DNA of 61,741 nucleotides, filler included, from Sphacelaria rigidula (GCA_964200075.2; 9 parts of 9 records of this genome joined end to end with filler, not necessarily neighbours in it); one strand, 5' to 3'; counted from the whole stretch's first letter, positions 1 to 12,712 are shown. Numbers and translations are program-made. The notes: generated from the sequence alone by a model not told the origin.

Positions 1-91
1 AACGACCTAAAACCACGTAAAAGACATTTCTCTGGGTTTTAATTTTTGTCTATTATAGGAAGCGGCCTCAACGACGGAACTAAATTCTACT

Positions 92-173
92 GAAAAAAAG
101 TATATCCCAGTATGCGAACTCGTGACCTGCCGCCCTCAAGGAAGTTTCCTGTCCCCATCATACCACGGGGTGC
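92..173 (-). repeat. Possible tRNA-derived SINE head
   Basis: Minus strand reads GCACCCCG-TGGTATGATGG (A-box-like)...GAGTTCGCATAC (B-box-like), followed by a T7 run. No complete cloverleaf can be built. Confidence 0.3.
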
Positions 174-2083
174 AGCGGTGTCGCATCAAAGTGGAATACC
201 CTACTCAATTTCAGGAATTTTGAGTAGAAATTTTACGAGGACCTCTTAAACGCAAGTTGAAAATTCTTCCCAAATATTCGTCGAGTTGGGACATTTTCGC
301 TTTTCTCAGGAGCTTCAATTCGCTCCGACTTTCCTGCTTTTTGTATCGGCTACTTTCGCCACTTTCCGCGCATCGATGGTGTAAATAACGTGTCAAAATT
401 TCATCTCCCGAATCCTAACATGAAGCAGCGCAAAACCGTTCAACACCCGATAAAAATTATTGGCTGGCCCAGCTCGTACTATACATGATTACTGAAGCCC
501 CAAACGTGCCATACTTTCAGCACCTGGAGCTTCGTCTGTCACACCAACCAACGACACCATACCCCTGACACCAACCAACGAACACATTACGGTACCTCTG
601 AGCGTCTAGCATCTCAAGTTGATGAATCAAGCAATCGAAATTCACAATATACTCTCTAGTCCCTAAAGCACAGCGCAGCACAGCACAGCACAGTTCGCCG
701 CGAGAAAGCGGTTGCTGTCAGTTCGTTTTGGAAAATGACGCATCCCCGCCGGCCGCCCGACCGGCCTGTGGACCAGTCGGCACCGCCAATCTCCGCACCT
801 CCGCCATTCGCCTGGACATGGTGCAGACATGGTGCAGTCCATCACCAGTGGTATTAGGGGGACACGCGGGGAAACTTAGCCGTGTTAGTCGTGTCCGGAA
901 CGTTCGCTTCGACATAATCGGCCCGGTACACTGCGGCTCGGGGGGAGGGATTATCGATAACTTTACATGTACCTTCGCTGGAAAGATAGTTCGGGAGGCG
1001 CGGCTTGCAGGGTACAATATTTGCCGAATGACTAGTGACTCTCTGAATCTACAGAACAACGAGAGAAACACCCCATATTTCTGGGCGTGTGCGTCCAGTC
1101 CTTCTTCTACAATGTTAAGTACGCGATGTAGATGGAGATAGGCGAGGCGCCCACTTTGGCCAATCAAACGCAAGCCACTCGATCGATGAGTAGCACGCAA
1201 TTCGAACGCACACGTCAGGCAAACGTAAGGCGGCTATTCGCCACGAACAGGCAATGCAAGCAACCTTTTCAAACGTCGGATAGTTCATGAGCTAGCTGAA
1301 TATTACTTCTTATTAGTGTACTGATCCGAATCATAAGCTAGCTCACTTGGCCCCCTTTTCAATATTTGCTCCCTAGAGTGCTGGACGCCGGACACGCGGA
1401 GTAGGGCAAAGGCAGCGTTTTGGGTCCTCGGACCCCGTTGTCATATATTTGTTGTTTGTTTTTTTGTGTTCTTTTTAGGTAGGCCATTAGCTGTCCGATG
1501 TGTGACCTTTTCGCCAGATTGGGTGTCTAGCATACGATTGGCAGTTTTATGATTCAATCTAACTTGACCAATCTTTCATCTTGTGTTTTTTTGCTTGTAG
1601 CAATGTCGCGTCCTTACAGCTACATATCCTACTCAGTGATACCAGATGCTTCAGTGGCAACCTACTACAGAAAGCGCATATGGTGTGGGTATAAGGCCTG
1701 GGGGGGGCATTCTGGAAATCTGGAGTTCTACATTTCTGCTGATTGTCGGGGTCGATGCGATAGAAATAAACATGGAATTCATCCCACGCTGAGAGCTTTC
1801 ACTAGAGCTGCATCTCGACTGGCTCGGCGAAGAAATCCCCTAGAAACACCGGTCGGTAAATGGATCAGGATTTCCCATCCTTTGAGTCCTCACTCTCAAC
1901 TGATTGCTAGATTTACGAAGACCATCGGCGCACACTGTCGCGCGAAGCCGCAAGCCGCAAGCAGCAAGCAGCGTGCTATTGATCATTGCAGTAAATGGAG
2001 TAAGCAATTGTGCAACACGAGCACTTGCTGTTAGAAGTGAAAGGGTTGGGTTGCACAAGCGGAACGCGGCCAGGATTATGGCA

Positions 2084-2232
2084 GTGACTATTATATTATG
2101 ATAATGACTTATGATTATGATCATGACTATCATCATGATTGTGATCATGACCGTGATAATGATCATGACTATGGTTATGATCATGATTACGATCATGACT
2201 ATGATCATGACTGTGATAATGACTATGATTAT
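2084..2232. repeat. Degenerate (GATCAT/GACTAT/GATTAT)n microsatellite
   Basis: About 150 bp of hexamer units. It produces the spurious DYDHD and MIIVMI ORFs. Confidence 0.9.
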
Positions 2233-3333
2233 GCATCAGGGAATGACAAACCCGTTGAGATATTTTTCCGGCCCGATGCTCTCATGAAGCCTGCGGTGCT
2301 ACAACAATGACGCTGAAACACTTGTGTCGCTCGGATAAATGCCATCGATCGCTTGGTTGGATTAAAATCTGGTCACGATACATTGTGGCACTGCAAGATG
2401 GTATCGAACGCGAACCCCGAGAATTAACGATTTATTCGGCTGTTTGTTGTTATCAATGTCAAACGGTCATGGAATCTCGACGGACACCTGCCAGAATTTT
2501 CCTCTTCTTTGCGGCCATATCCCCATCACCCCCCACCCCCATTCACGAGCCTCTTCTAGCATGTTTTTACAAAACGAGCTTCTTGAGCGGTGTCTTGTCG
2601 AAAAAAATGTTTTGAGGTGATATCTTGTCTTTGAGCCTGGTTGTGACCTCATCATTCATAGAAATCACCCGCCATTCCTACCGAAGGGAAACTCCTGTCT
2701 GGATACAGAATATCGATATGAGAACTTGACGTCTTGACAATATGCGGAACGCATCAATGCGTCACACGCCCAATAGATAGCTGTGCATCTTTGGTGTGTG
2801 GTCCAGGCGTCATGATGAACCAAACAGCCCACGCATAGCTCCCATCTCGCGTTACGTTTCTCACATGCTCAACGGTTTGGGTTAATGGTTAGGGTCCTCC
2901 GTGTTCGAAAGAAATATTTCCACAATGACTAATTTTTCGGAGCATTGTTTGATAGGGCGTGGAGGACGTGGCATCAGCGCCTCCAAAGAATGACAACATT
3001 TTTTTAATAGACCAATTAAAAACATCCCCACAGCTATGAACAGAACCAACCTCTTCTTTCTAATTTCTTCTCTCGTAAAGATGGGCCCTCAGGGAAGTTT
3101 TGTTCTCTTCTTCTTCACCGGCTAACGGTGAGGGTATTCGTGAACCGTTTTCCTTCACATATCCTTGGGTGCGTGCTTGGTAACCGCGCCATGAATTTCC
3201 GCAGACGCAAGCACCACTTTATTCGTGAGTTCATGAACTCCGCCCACTACGAGCGTTTACCTGTTTTCTTATCCCCCACCAACCTTCCGCTTTCGGTTAC
3301 CTCCTCCGCCACAACTCTGAGTGTTTTTTCATT

Positions 3334-3508
3334 TCATCGCGTCGGTGGGGAACGGAAGACGAACTTTATACCTTCTGCCAAGGAGGGCACTAAGGAGGGC
3401 ACTAAGGAGGGCACTAAGGAGGGCATACAGAGCCATGTCATGATATCGCCGATGTGAATGAATAGGTTATGAGACCTTGACGCGCACCTGCCGGGAATTT
3501 CCCCCATC
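3334..3508 (-). CDS. Candidate terminal exon of VPS16
   Basis: The cgtag|G acceptor is in the phase (2) needed after exon 4533-4442, giving ...KDPR-MGEIPGRCASR... to a stop at 3334. The polypyrimidine tract is weak and the tail is a 12-bp tandem repeat. Confidence 0.3.
3380..3425. repeat. 12-bp tandem repeat (AAGGAGGGCACT) x ~4
   Basis: Visible directly in the sequence. Confidence 0.9.
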
Positions 3509-4441
3509 CTACGTATTGATGGTAGTATCGACATTCAAGGGTGTTTGGAACTTGCATGAGTCGTGTGGATGTGAAAAAAAAAGCTGCCGAGAGGTAGCAG
3601 CACCGTCAGCGTACTGTGCGTGGCGACTTCTGTCGTGCAGAGTCAGTGTCGATTGTTACGAAAACCGAGGAGAGGTTAACGTAACCCCCGTCAAGCCACG
3701 CTTTTGTAGAGCACGTACGCACAGTATCGCTACTACTGCTACAGCCTTCGACCCGCTGCTGTGACACAGTCGCCGAGACATATCAACACTACTGCTGTAG
3801 CGCATTGCCCGTTTTACACAGACGCTATCGTGCAATTTATCTGACGCGATAGCTGCTGGGACAGCGATGGGTGATCGTTCAAGCACTGGAGGAATGAATG
3901 CCTCATGCGACCACCTCAGGATCAGCGGTTGCGCATGAACAACAACATGAAGAACGAATCGCAACGGGTGAAAGCAACAACGGACCAATAAACTCGAGTC
4001 AGTCACTCACTACAGCGTCTTGGCGCTTTGTGCAGGTTCGGTTTGATTTTTTCGTGCGCTTGCGATACCCGTGTCTACAGCGGAGCTGCGCAGACTGGGG
4101 AACGATTCGTTGAAACGCCACCAAGCGGACTCTGTGCATTCTAGCTTCCTGAGTGTTCCCGTCGATCGCGTTGCACCCGCCACTGCACCCCCCACATGCA
4201 ACATCCGCTGCGACAAAGACATTGGAATACCCTCAGAGAGGACGGTCTCTATCTCCCGTCATGTGAAGGGTGTAGCGTGTGGACTTTTCCAGGAATTTTC
4301 CATAATGTGAGGGCATAGTCTACTACGCCTTGGTTGACCGGGCCGATATGTGTGAGGGCTCACCATCAACGTGCGGAGGGGGGGAAAATGCTCAAGAGAT
4401 ACGGTATAGTGTTGTGCATGTCATAATCCACCTCACAGTAC

Positions 4442-6081
4442 CTGGGATCTTTAAGCCTGGCAGCTGCGTCAGCCGCTTTTTCCCACGATTTGGTCTCTAG
4501 ATACAGCTCGTATCGGTCCTCCATCTGAGGTATCTGTTGACATGGGGTGGCGCACATTGCAAGTTTCCCGCGCAGGAGCGAGGAACGAACAGTCACAGCA
4601 CCGAGGTAGGCTGTAAGCCTGGACACTATGGCTTGTTGATGAACCCAGGAGCACGGAGCACGTGCACAAGGAATAGACATGACCCACAAAACGAAGCGAA
4701 GGTAAGGCGGAAACCGCTGAGTGCTACTGTACTACTGTTCTATTGTGCTATGAGCAGCAGCTTATATTTTCCTGGTTTCTACAGGTTACATTTACATTTA
4801 CATGGGGAGCATATTATAAATTGAAACATTCTCCCCCTCACTCGTGTATAAAAAAAGGGGAGGGGCACCGTTAAAAATAGTCCGTACATGTCAAGGGATA
4901 CGCAAGACTCGCTCGAGAGATTTTCCACTTGCGACAGACAGATAGAGATAGAGATACTGAGTTGGATCATGACTCGGGCGATATCACTGTCAACTCAGAG
5001 TGAGGCAAGTGATCCAGGGGAACGGTGAACAAGCCCCGCAGGCCGTAGGTTTCACGGCACGACTGACTAACCCTAGCCCTAAAGCCAACACCCCGCAATT
5101 GCAGTGTATTCTCACTCTCGTCCTGCCGACAAACACGCTAACACGCAAACACGCCACTAACCTACGAATGAAAGCACGAGTACAAGCAATAACTAACGAG
5201 CGACAAGCAACAAGCGACGAGCAACAAGCGACGAGCGACAAGCGAAAAAAAAAAAAACTGCTCGGAGACAAGAAGTAATTACGGGCATGCACCAACAGCA
5301 AGCCACACCACCAAAAAAGTACAGCGACGCAACAACGAAAAATCGACAGATAACTCGAAAAAAAACATATTTCCCCCTTCTTGTCCGGGGCGACACTCAA
5401 CTCATCATGTCAATTCAGTTAATGAAAAGTCTGGTCAAGTTATGGAAAATCTAGTCAAGCCATGTTAAGTCATGGAAAGATCGGATACTCACTCTCTCGA
5501 TGTAGCCGTCGATGTAACGTTCTGTGTCATCCCCCGCCATTCCCGACCGCATGTGCCGCATGCACGCAAGAGCGAAGGGCTTGTAGCCGATAGGGCTCTT
5601 TTTGTCGTTGGAGAACTTTCTCAGGGCTTCCCAATCCCCCACCGAGGCAAGCGCCTGTAGTAACAAGCGAAAGAGACAAATCGGAAGCCTTTCAGCATCC
5701 ACGCTTTCCGACACCCCGCGAGGAGTGGCATATCTTTCAGTTCGACGAGGGTTAACCCCAGTTCGTAGCCCCAAATTCATGGTTGACACACATTTTGAAA
5801 AATAACGCCAACCCTGACACCCCAAGCCTAGCCAAGATAAGAATATCGCCGAAGAAAAGAAGGCAACGCGAACATGCTGGACTTTCACTTTGATCTTGAT
5901 GTGCCAGAAGCGCTTGTCCGGTACCCTGAAGCGCTTCTGCAAGGACGAAGCCTCGGCCACTAATCCGTCTCGCTTCTTGCTGCCCCCCGGCTGCGTGGCG
6001 CCGACCACGATCAGATGGTACAGCGTCTCGCTCAACGACATATCAACAAACACATCCAGCCCTGTTTTCCGCTCCAGATCT
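4442..6081 (-). CDS. VPS16: Vacuolar protein sorting 16 (HOPS/CORVET subunit), C-terminal exons; 5' part not on this contig
   Basis: Exons 6081-5889, 5654-5493 and 4533-4442 all have AG/GT boundaries and join in phase. They give [24 protein letters not shown]...[43 protein letters not shown]...[34 protein letters not shown]. FxVPDKRFW, KKSPIGYxPF and the closing helices are diagnostic of the Vps16 C-terminal domain. Confidence 0.9.
5197..5244. repeat. Heptamer tandem repeat (GCGACAA/GCAACAA/GCGACGA) in a VPS16 intron
   Basis: About 7 degenerate 7-bp units. Confidence 0.75.
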
Positions 6082-6473
6082 CTGATGAAGAAACGAATAA
6101 AAAAAAAGGAACATCGGCGGATGCGGTATTATATGTAAATATATTTACTGTGTTTTTTGTGAGCAAGTGTGGCAAGATCGGCATAGGAGCCACAGTCCAA
6201 TGACATGTGTTTGAATACTGAGAGCATTAGGTGGAGGGAAACACGGCTTCGATTTCACCATATGCGTGTAGTTTGGTTTTTTCTGCCCTCAGAAGTATCT
6301 GCAGTAGTCTGATTCCTTCCCTTGTGATATACCGGACCCGAGTAGTACAAAAAAAAAAATGGCTGAGAGTCTTGGAAGAGGACCTATGCCGTGCGGGGAA
6401 TGGAGTGCTGATGGTCATGATCAAACCCGCGATGCCAAAATATAAAGCATGTACTACAGTCTGCAAATATCGA

Positions 6474-6540
6474 GGGAGAGATGGGTTGATCCCTTGAGAC
6501 AGACCAGGGACTCACCCCGAGGAAGGAGAGAGGTTAAAAG
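6474..6540 (+). repeat. Dispersed repeat, copy 1
   Basis: AGAGATGGGTTGATCCCTTGAGAC...GACTCAcCCCGAGGAAGG recurs at about 45449-45508 on a different contig. Confidence 0.7.
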
Positions 6541-6772
6541 CGTGACCCTCCCGTCCCCCCCAAAAAATCGTCAATGGTCAAATGAATACGAGCTGGGCCA
6601 GCCGTAAAACATACAAACAAACATCGCACAATTATTATTATTTGTATTCTTAGTATATCCATCACATTAGCTCGAATTCTCGAACCCGTGGTCACAGAGT
6701 GCAAGGAACATACCACCAATATACCCATACCCCAAACAGCCCGCAGAAGAAGGCAAGATACAAACATCTACA

Positions 6773-6872
6773 NNNNNNNNNNNNNNNNNNNNNNNNNNNN
6801 NNNNNNNNNNNNNNNNTTAATTAATTAANNNNNNNNNNNNNNNNNNNNNNNNNNNNNNNNNNNNNNNNNNNN
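6773..6872. other. Artificial contig spacer
   Basis: N44-TTAATTAATTAA-N44; the 12-mer places stops in all six frames. Confidence 0.97.
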
Positions 6873-8539
6873 TTAGTCGTTTGACCATTGATCACGCATC
6901 CCTTTCGATTCGGAGCAGGGGGGGGGGGGGGGGGGGCGTCGTGCCATCATTTTCCGATATGGAGTCCCTCAGCTCAACATATAGGTGCTTCATGCTTCAC
7001 GTTGCCTTTTGTCTGCCCGAGAAACAGTTGTTTGCAACTAATGGTATATGGCATACCGGGAAGCAAGTCCTGTATATGTACTTGAAACAGACATGACAGT
7101 GACTGGGGCTAGTGCGCAACCAATTAGCGGGAATTTGGTGGGAAACCGCTCGCGTCTCAGCGCTGGCTTGCTGTGGGCCCTTGCGAAAGTGAGGCGGCGG
7201 CGATAACACGAACACGATTTATGCTTGGATACAACTTAACGCTTCCGTACAAGGGCATATCACCATATCCCGGGTGCGTGCGGCAGACTTTCATTTTAGA
7301 GCCACTTGTAAGAAGGGCCCAGCCGGGACCACTCCAGGTTCACCTCCGCAATTCAAAAGCGCAACGTCACAAACATCGAAATAAATTGAAATTGGAAGCG
7401 TCCTGAGCACAGGGCAATCCATGCAGTGAAACAAGTACAAAACCACACCAGGAAGCACCAAAAAACCACCAACCGGAAACAAAATCAGCGATCGATTGGA
7501 AAAGAAAGTGGTACATCGGTTTCCATGTTTGTCCAATTTCTCGCATCCATCCCTAGTCAGGCGCGAAGCGGGCAATTCTTTCGGTCTTTTCCATTGTGGA
7601 TATGTCGCTGCTGTTGCTCTTACTGTGCTAGCGAGGGAAGTTGTCGAATCGGCGGCCCACGACGCATCAGGCCCTCGTTTGTGGCGGTGCTTTTGCGTCG
7701 CTACGTGTCCTCGAACTCTTCCACCCCTTTTCCGACTCCAACATGCCATTCGCCTTCGCGGCAGCGACCCAATCGTGCGCATTTAGACCTCTACATCGTG
7801 GACGATCCGTTTCTGTCGCGCTCCTATGCGTGGTAGAGCTCCTAGTGCACGTAGATATATCCTGGAGGTTTTCCCCATAGTGGTTGGGGCGGCGGCCAGC
7901 CTCCTTTGGCCCTTGTGCGGCTGATAGTCCGTGGTGATGCCTTTGGACAGGCGCGTTTCGTTCTACAGGACAAGCCTCCCCCGTGAACCACAGTTGACGC
8001 TGCGCATTTTCTGTTGGTTTTCTCGGGCACAGCTCTGTACGAAAAAGTCTTGCAGGCCGTTCGACTTTCCTGCAGGATCCAACCACGCGTAGCAAATGCT
8101 GGTGATGTGCAGTGCGCAGACTGTCGATGTCCTCGGAACGTACGGTCTATGTGGCACACCGGTTCGAAAGAGCTTCAGCCACCTATGCTTTGAGCAGCCG
8201 AACTTCTAGAGATAGCTAGGCGTTGATATGATCGTGGAGTGAGGAACGATACTTTCGGAGACGTGCCCACGGTACGCTGATGCGGCAGTTGGTTTTGATG
8301 GCAACCTTCGCATCCACGCTGGCAGCACGAAGGTAGGCCGAGTTGGCTGTCTGCTCATACCGTTGACTTTCCGCGCTGATATGCAGGGCCATCGCTGTGG
8401 AACCGGATACTGACCACGGGTGCATTTTTTTTTTTTTACACTGTCGTCAGGTGAAGCAGTGGAATGAATGGCAGAGCAGGTGCCCGTGAACATCATGTAG
8501 AGCCGTCGTTGGATACTGTACGAGGCTGGAAACCTCACG

Positions 8540-8813
8540 TCTGCAGAAAGGTGGAGGTCTGCTCATAGCACACCGAGAACGTTATAGTGAATGCTCAACA
8601 AAAGGCGTGCTGCAGGGAGGGCTGCTTCAAGATAGCGTCGTTTGGGCTGGCGGGAAGCGGGGAGAGAGAGTTCCGCTCACAGCATGCCGAGGACAGAATG
8701 GTGAATGTCAGGAACAAGTCGTGGGCCGCAGAGAGGGCTGCTTCATAACCCCGTCGTTTCGGTTGGCGGGAAGCAAGAAGGCGCAGTTTTGCTCATAGCA
8801 CGCCGAGGACGGA
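8540..8813 (+). pseudogene. Degenerate EsV-1-7 repeats upstream of the intact ORF
   Basis: About 2.5 more 114-bp units (CCREGCFKIASFGLAG...). They contain TAG stops at the CSQH position (tgctcaTAGca, twice) and a frameshift near 8720. Confidence 0.8.
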
Positions 8814-10391
8814 ATGGTGAATGTCAAGAACAAGACGTGCTGCAGAGAGGGCTGTTTGAAGCTAGCATCCCGGGGCTTTGCGGGAATCAAGAAGGCGGAG
8901 TTCTGCTCACAGCACGTCGAGGACGGAATGGTTGATGTTAGGGACAAGACGTGCTGCGGAGAGGGCTGCTTCAAGCGGGCGTCGTTTGGGTTGGCGGGAA
9001 GCAGGAAGGCGGAGTTCTGCGCACAGCACGCCGAGGACGGGATGATGAATGTCGTCAACAAAATGTGCTGCAGGGAGGGCTGCTTGAAGATACCGTCTTT
9101 TGGGTTGGCGGGAAGCAGGAAGGCGAAGTTCTGCTCACAGCACGCCGAAAACGGAATGGTGAGTGTCAAGGGCAATGCGTGCTGCAGAGAGGGCTGCTTC
9201 AAGATTGCGTCGTTTGGGCTGGCGGTCAACAAGAAGGCGAAGTTCTGCTCGCAGCACGTCGACGACGAAATGGTTGATGTCAAGAACGAGACGTGCTGCA
9301 GAGAAGGTTGCTCCAAGCGGCCGTCGTTTGGTCTGGCAGGAAGCAAGAGGACGGAGTTCTGCCCACAGCACGCCGAGGACGGAATGGTGAATGTCAAGAA
9401 CAAGACGTGCTGCAGAGAGGGCTGCCTCAAGCTACCGTCGTTTGAGTTTGCGGGAAGCAAGAAGGCAGAATTCTGCTCACATCACGCCGGAGACAGGATG
9501 GTGAATGTCGTCAACAAAACGTGCTGCAGGGAGGGCTACTTGAAGAGAGCGACGTGTGGGTTGGCGGGAAGCAGGAAAGTGGAATTCTGCTCACAACATG
9601 CCGGAGAGGGCATGGTTAATGTCGAGAAGAAGACGTGCCGCACAGAGGGCTGCTCTAGCATGGCATCGTTTGGGTTGGCGGGAAGCAAGAAGACGGAGTT
9701 CTGCCCACAGCACGCCGAGGGCGGGATGGTGAATGTCGTCAACAAGACGTGCTGCAGAGAGGGCTGCTTGAAGAGAGCGACGTGGGGGTTGGCGGGAAGC
9801 AAGAAGGCGGGGTTCTGCTCACAGCACGCCGAGGACGGGATGATGAATACCGTCAACAAGACGTGCTACAGAGAGGGCTGCTTGAAGAGAGCGTCGTTTG
9901 GGTTGGCGGGAAGCAGGAAGGCGGAATTCTGCTCAGAGCATGCCGGAGAGGGCATGGTTAATGTCACGAAGAAGACGTGCTGCAGAGAGGGCTGCTTGAA
10001 GAGAGCCTCCTGGGGGTTGGCGGGAAGCAAGAAGGCGGAGTTCTGCCCACAGCACGCCCACAGCGAGATGGTGAGCGTCCGCTCCAGGAAAAATGTCCGA
10101 TCAGCAGCTTGCCGTTTTGAACAACCGGCGATACGCACGAAAAAGGTGAAGCTAGAGATAGCTGTGCAAAAGTCAAATGACAGTGGGGGATATCCGAGAC
10201 GGTCACGCATTCACGGAATGCGGCAATCCAAGCAGGGTGAGGCTCCGAAGAGTAACACCACAAAGGGAGCTGGGCTCACTTCTACGACTGGTGAACTATC
10301 TACGGAGCAAGTTGCCCGTAGCATGACCACCGCAGGCGTTCTGATGTGCGAGGGCGTGACGAACGTGAAGTCAGAGATGAGCGTTCCATAG
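8814..10391 (+). CDS. EsV-1-7 domain (cysteine-rich repeat) protein, 525 aa, intronless
   Basis: 11 tandem 38-aa repeats, consensus MVNVxxKTCCREGCxKxxSFGLAGSxKAEFCSQHAEDG (C-x4-C...C-x2-H), then a basic low-complexity tail ending VKSEM. This matches the EsV-1-7 family of phaeoviruses and brown algae. The true start may lie upstream in the disrupted repeats. Confidence 0.88.
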   Translation: MVNVKNKTCCREGCLKLASRGFAGIKKAEFCSQHVEDGMVDVRDKTCCGEGCFKRASFGLAGSRKAEFCAQHAEDGMMNVVNKMCCREGCLKIPSFGLAGSRKAKFCSQHAENGMVSVKGNACCREGCFKIASFGLAVNKKAKFCSQHVDDEMVDVKNETCCREGCSKRPSFGLAGSKRTEFCPQHAEDGMVNVKNKTCCREGCLKLPSFEFAGSKKAEFCSHHAGDRMVNVVNKTCCREGYLKRATCGLAGSRKVEFCSQHAGEGMVNVEKKTCRTEGCSSMASFGLAGSKKTEFCPQHAEGGMVNVVNKTCCREGCLKRATWGLAGSKKAGFCSQHAEDGMMNTVNKTCYREGCLKRASFGLAGSRKAEFCSEHAGEGMVNVTKKTCCREGCLKRASWGLAGSKKAEFCPQHAHSEMVSVRSRKNVRSAACRFEQPAIRTKKVKLEIAVQKSNDSGGYPRRSRIHGMRQSKQGEAPKSNTTKGAGLTSTTGELSTEQVARSMTTAGVLMCEGVTNVKSEMSVP

Positions 10392-11213
10392 CACTATTTT
10401 CCTGGCTTGACTGCGACACGAGTATCCGCTGCTACTCATGATGGTGGTGTGTAAGCGCTATGATGGTGGTCGCCAGAGGACTGTTGTTGACTAGCAGGTA
10501 ACTATTTATGACTGTGTAGGATATTGGGGTGTGCCGACTTTTGTCTGCTCATTGGTTGATTGATTTGTTGATGACGTCAACATCATGTACGGGGATGTGA
10601 CTGGCGTCCAATAAAGAATCACCAGGGTCTGTCTGTTGACTCCCGAAGGATACAAATCCAAGCGTACACCGCAGATTTGTCAGTCAAGTATGGAGGCCAC
10701 AACTAAGCGCGGTCTCACACCTCGTGTGCAGAAGTTGGTCATTTCCGAAAAGGTCTTGCTTTCATCAAGCGCGTGCAGATGATGGTTGACACAACGTGCT
10801 CTCTTCGGCACGGCCGTACAAATATCTACTATGCTTGAGGATCATGCTAGGGAGGCACCTGAGGAGTATGCTGAGGTAGGCACCTGGAGCAAGCTTGCGC
10901 GGTATTTGCGCGGGAAGCGATCTGCTTCCTTGAAAGTGTTGATGTATGCGACTCTATTTGTACATACAACAGGTCACGGATTACTGTGCCGGCTGGGTTT
11001 GTCGCAGCTTTACATGCAACGAAAGAGCGCGTGGTGTCGTTGTGCGTGTTCAGACAAGACGATCGGCGCTGTCGAGGGCAGGCTGGAAACTGCGGTACGT
11101 GGTCTAACGATTCAATGGTTCAAGTCGACAGGAATTTCATGTTGAGTCGGGATTGGACACCTCGCCGAACGGGGCACCATTGTGTGTAGGTAGAGAGGTG
11201 GTTTCTCCACTAA

Positions 11214-11645
11214 CTTACAAATTGGGGATGGATCTTTAATCGGGGATGAATAACCCGGAGAATAAAAATCTTCATGACTACACCAAATCTTCGAAATATG
11301 ATTCCATTCCTACACCTACTGCTAGCTATTGACAACTGCTACACTCCATATAGATTGGGATTTCGATCACCGAAATGTTGGGGCCCTAGGTGAAAAACCA
11401 ATTCTGGGGAATTTCAGGTGTCCGAACGGAGGCCAAAATTGGTTCCGAAATTGTTTTTCCACATGGGGCCCAACATTTCGGTGATCGAAATCCAAATTTC
11501 TATGGCGTGCAGCCGTTGTCAATAGCTATCAGTAGGTGTAGAAATGGAATCATATTTCGAAGATTTGGTGTGGATACGAAGTTTTTCATCCTCCGGGTTC
11601 CTCGCTCTCAATGAAAAATCCATCCCCAATTTGTATGATCCCGTG
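11214..11645. mobile_element. Fold-back / MITE-like palindromic element, copy A (left end truncated)
   Basis: The arm at about 11214-11404 is the imperfect reverse complement of about 11449-11637. The right terminus GATCCCGTG is shared with copy B. Confidence 0.8.
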
Positions 11646-12712
11646 TTTACTGTGGGCCGTTGGACGTGTTTATCGCGTTGAGAGCAGTGAGGAGGATTGG
11701 TTGGGTGCCGTCGATGTATGTCTGTCGTGAGCGCTCATATCTGCGTTTATTTGAAAATAAGATGCCAGAAGTAGTCAGCCGATTCGACTTCTAATCCTGC
11801 TGCGTTTGGTGGGATCAACACCGCGCGCTGGTCCAAAATTTCAGCAGGGCAATCAGGCGGGTACTTGCCAACTGGCCTGAGAATTCAGGAAATAAACAGT
11901 AACGGTGGCTATGAAACCGTAGCTCGGTCCGTGTGGACTCTTTCGAAGGAGCAGTGGTCGAGAAAAGGCATGCGCTGTTATTCCGGGTGTGGTTGAGGGT
12001 CAAGTTGTGACGGAGTTGATTGATCGGGGCGCGAAGAATCACCCGACTTCAGTTTTGTGAAATCGCGCCTCGTTGTTCCCTTTTTACGCGCATACTCTGT
12101 AGGCAAAGTGGATGGTACTTCGCACAACTGCAACCATGTGGGTAGTCCTCCAGAGCTGTCTTCCCCTCTATTACGGCCGAAATGGCGAGATGTGTTTCTG
12201 TGCTTTTGCTCATTTCGGGTGTTGGCTTACTTTGTTGGTCACGGTTCGGCGATTATTGATACTGTTGTATCATTTCATTGGCCTTATCGTACATTGTCAT
12301 GTAACGAAAAAGACGTACCTTAACTTGTGTGCGCACACCATATATGTGTAATTCACATACAATTGATGTGCACCAGTTTACTGTACAACCACACCCAGGG
12401 GGAAGATAGGAAATCGACGCCAAGGGGCGCGACCTATTTGCCGGTGGGATATGGAAATAAGAGCGTGCAAGTCGCGAACGCCTCCAGAACCAACCCACCA
12501 TGGACCCAATTTCAAATCGAAATGCTGTGCACACGGAACAACGGCCAGTCGTACTTCACAACAATCTACAGCTGGGGGGTAAAGAAAGCATCCTGTTGTA
12601 GGGCAGGAGACTACACACGCCTGCGGCGATGAGCTCTCTGCTCGATTTTGACGACCAAACAGTCGTCTTGTGTTGTTGGCTAGCCAACCAGCGCGCATGC
12701 TCGATTGTACGG

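Noticed and set aside
1840-2310. ORFs with Ile/Met-rich or Asp/His/Tyr-rich repeats
   Set aside because: These are translations of a hexamer microsatellite.
6817-6828. TTAATTAATTAA as a biological motif (piggyBac TTAA site or regulatory element)
   Set aside because: It is always centred in exactly 44+44 Ns at regular intervals, so it is an assembly linker.
8708-10263. Antisense and alternate-frame repeat ORFs over the EsV-1-7 gene
   Set aside because: They are shadows of the 114-bp repeat and carry no independent motif.
4442-10391. EsV-1-7 gene nested antisense in a VPS16 intron
   Set aside because: The two genes are on different contigs joined by an artificial spacer.
8814-10391. Endogenous phaeovirus (giant virus) insertion
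   Set aside because: No other NCLDV genes are on the contig, and EsV-1-7 repeat genes are a resident family in brown algal genomes.
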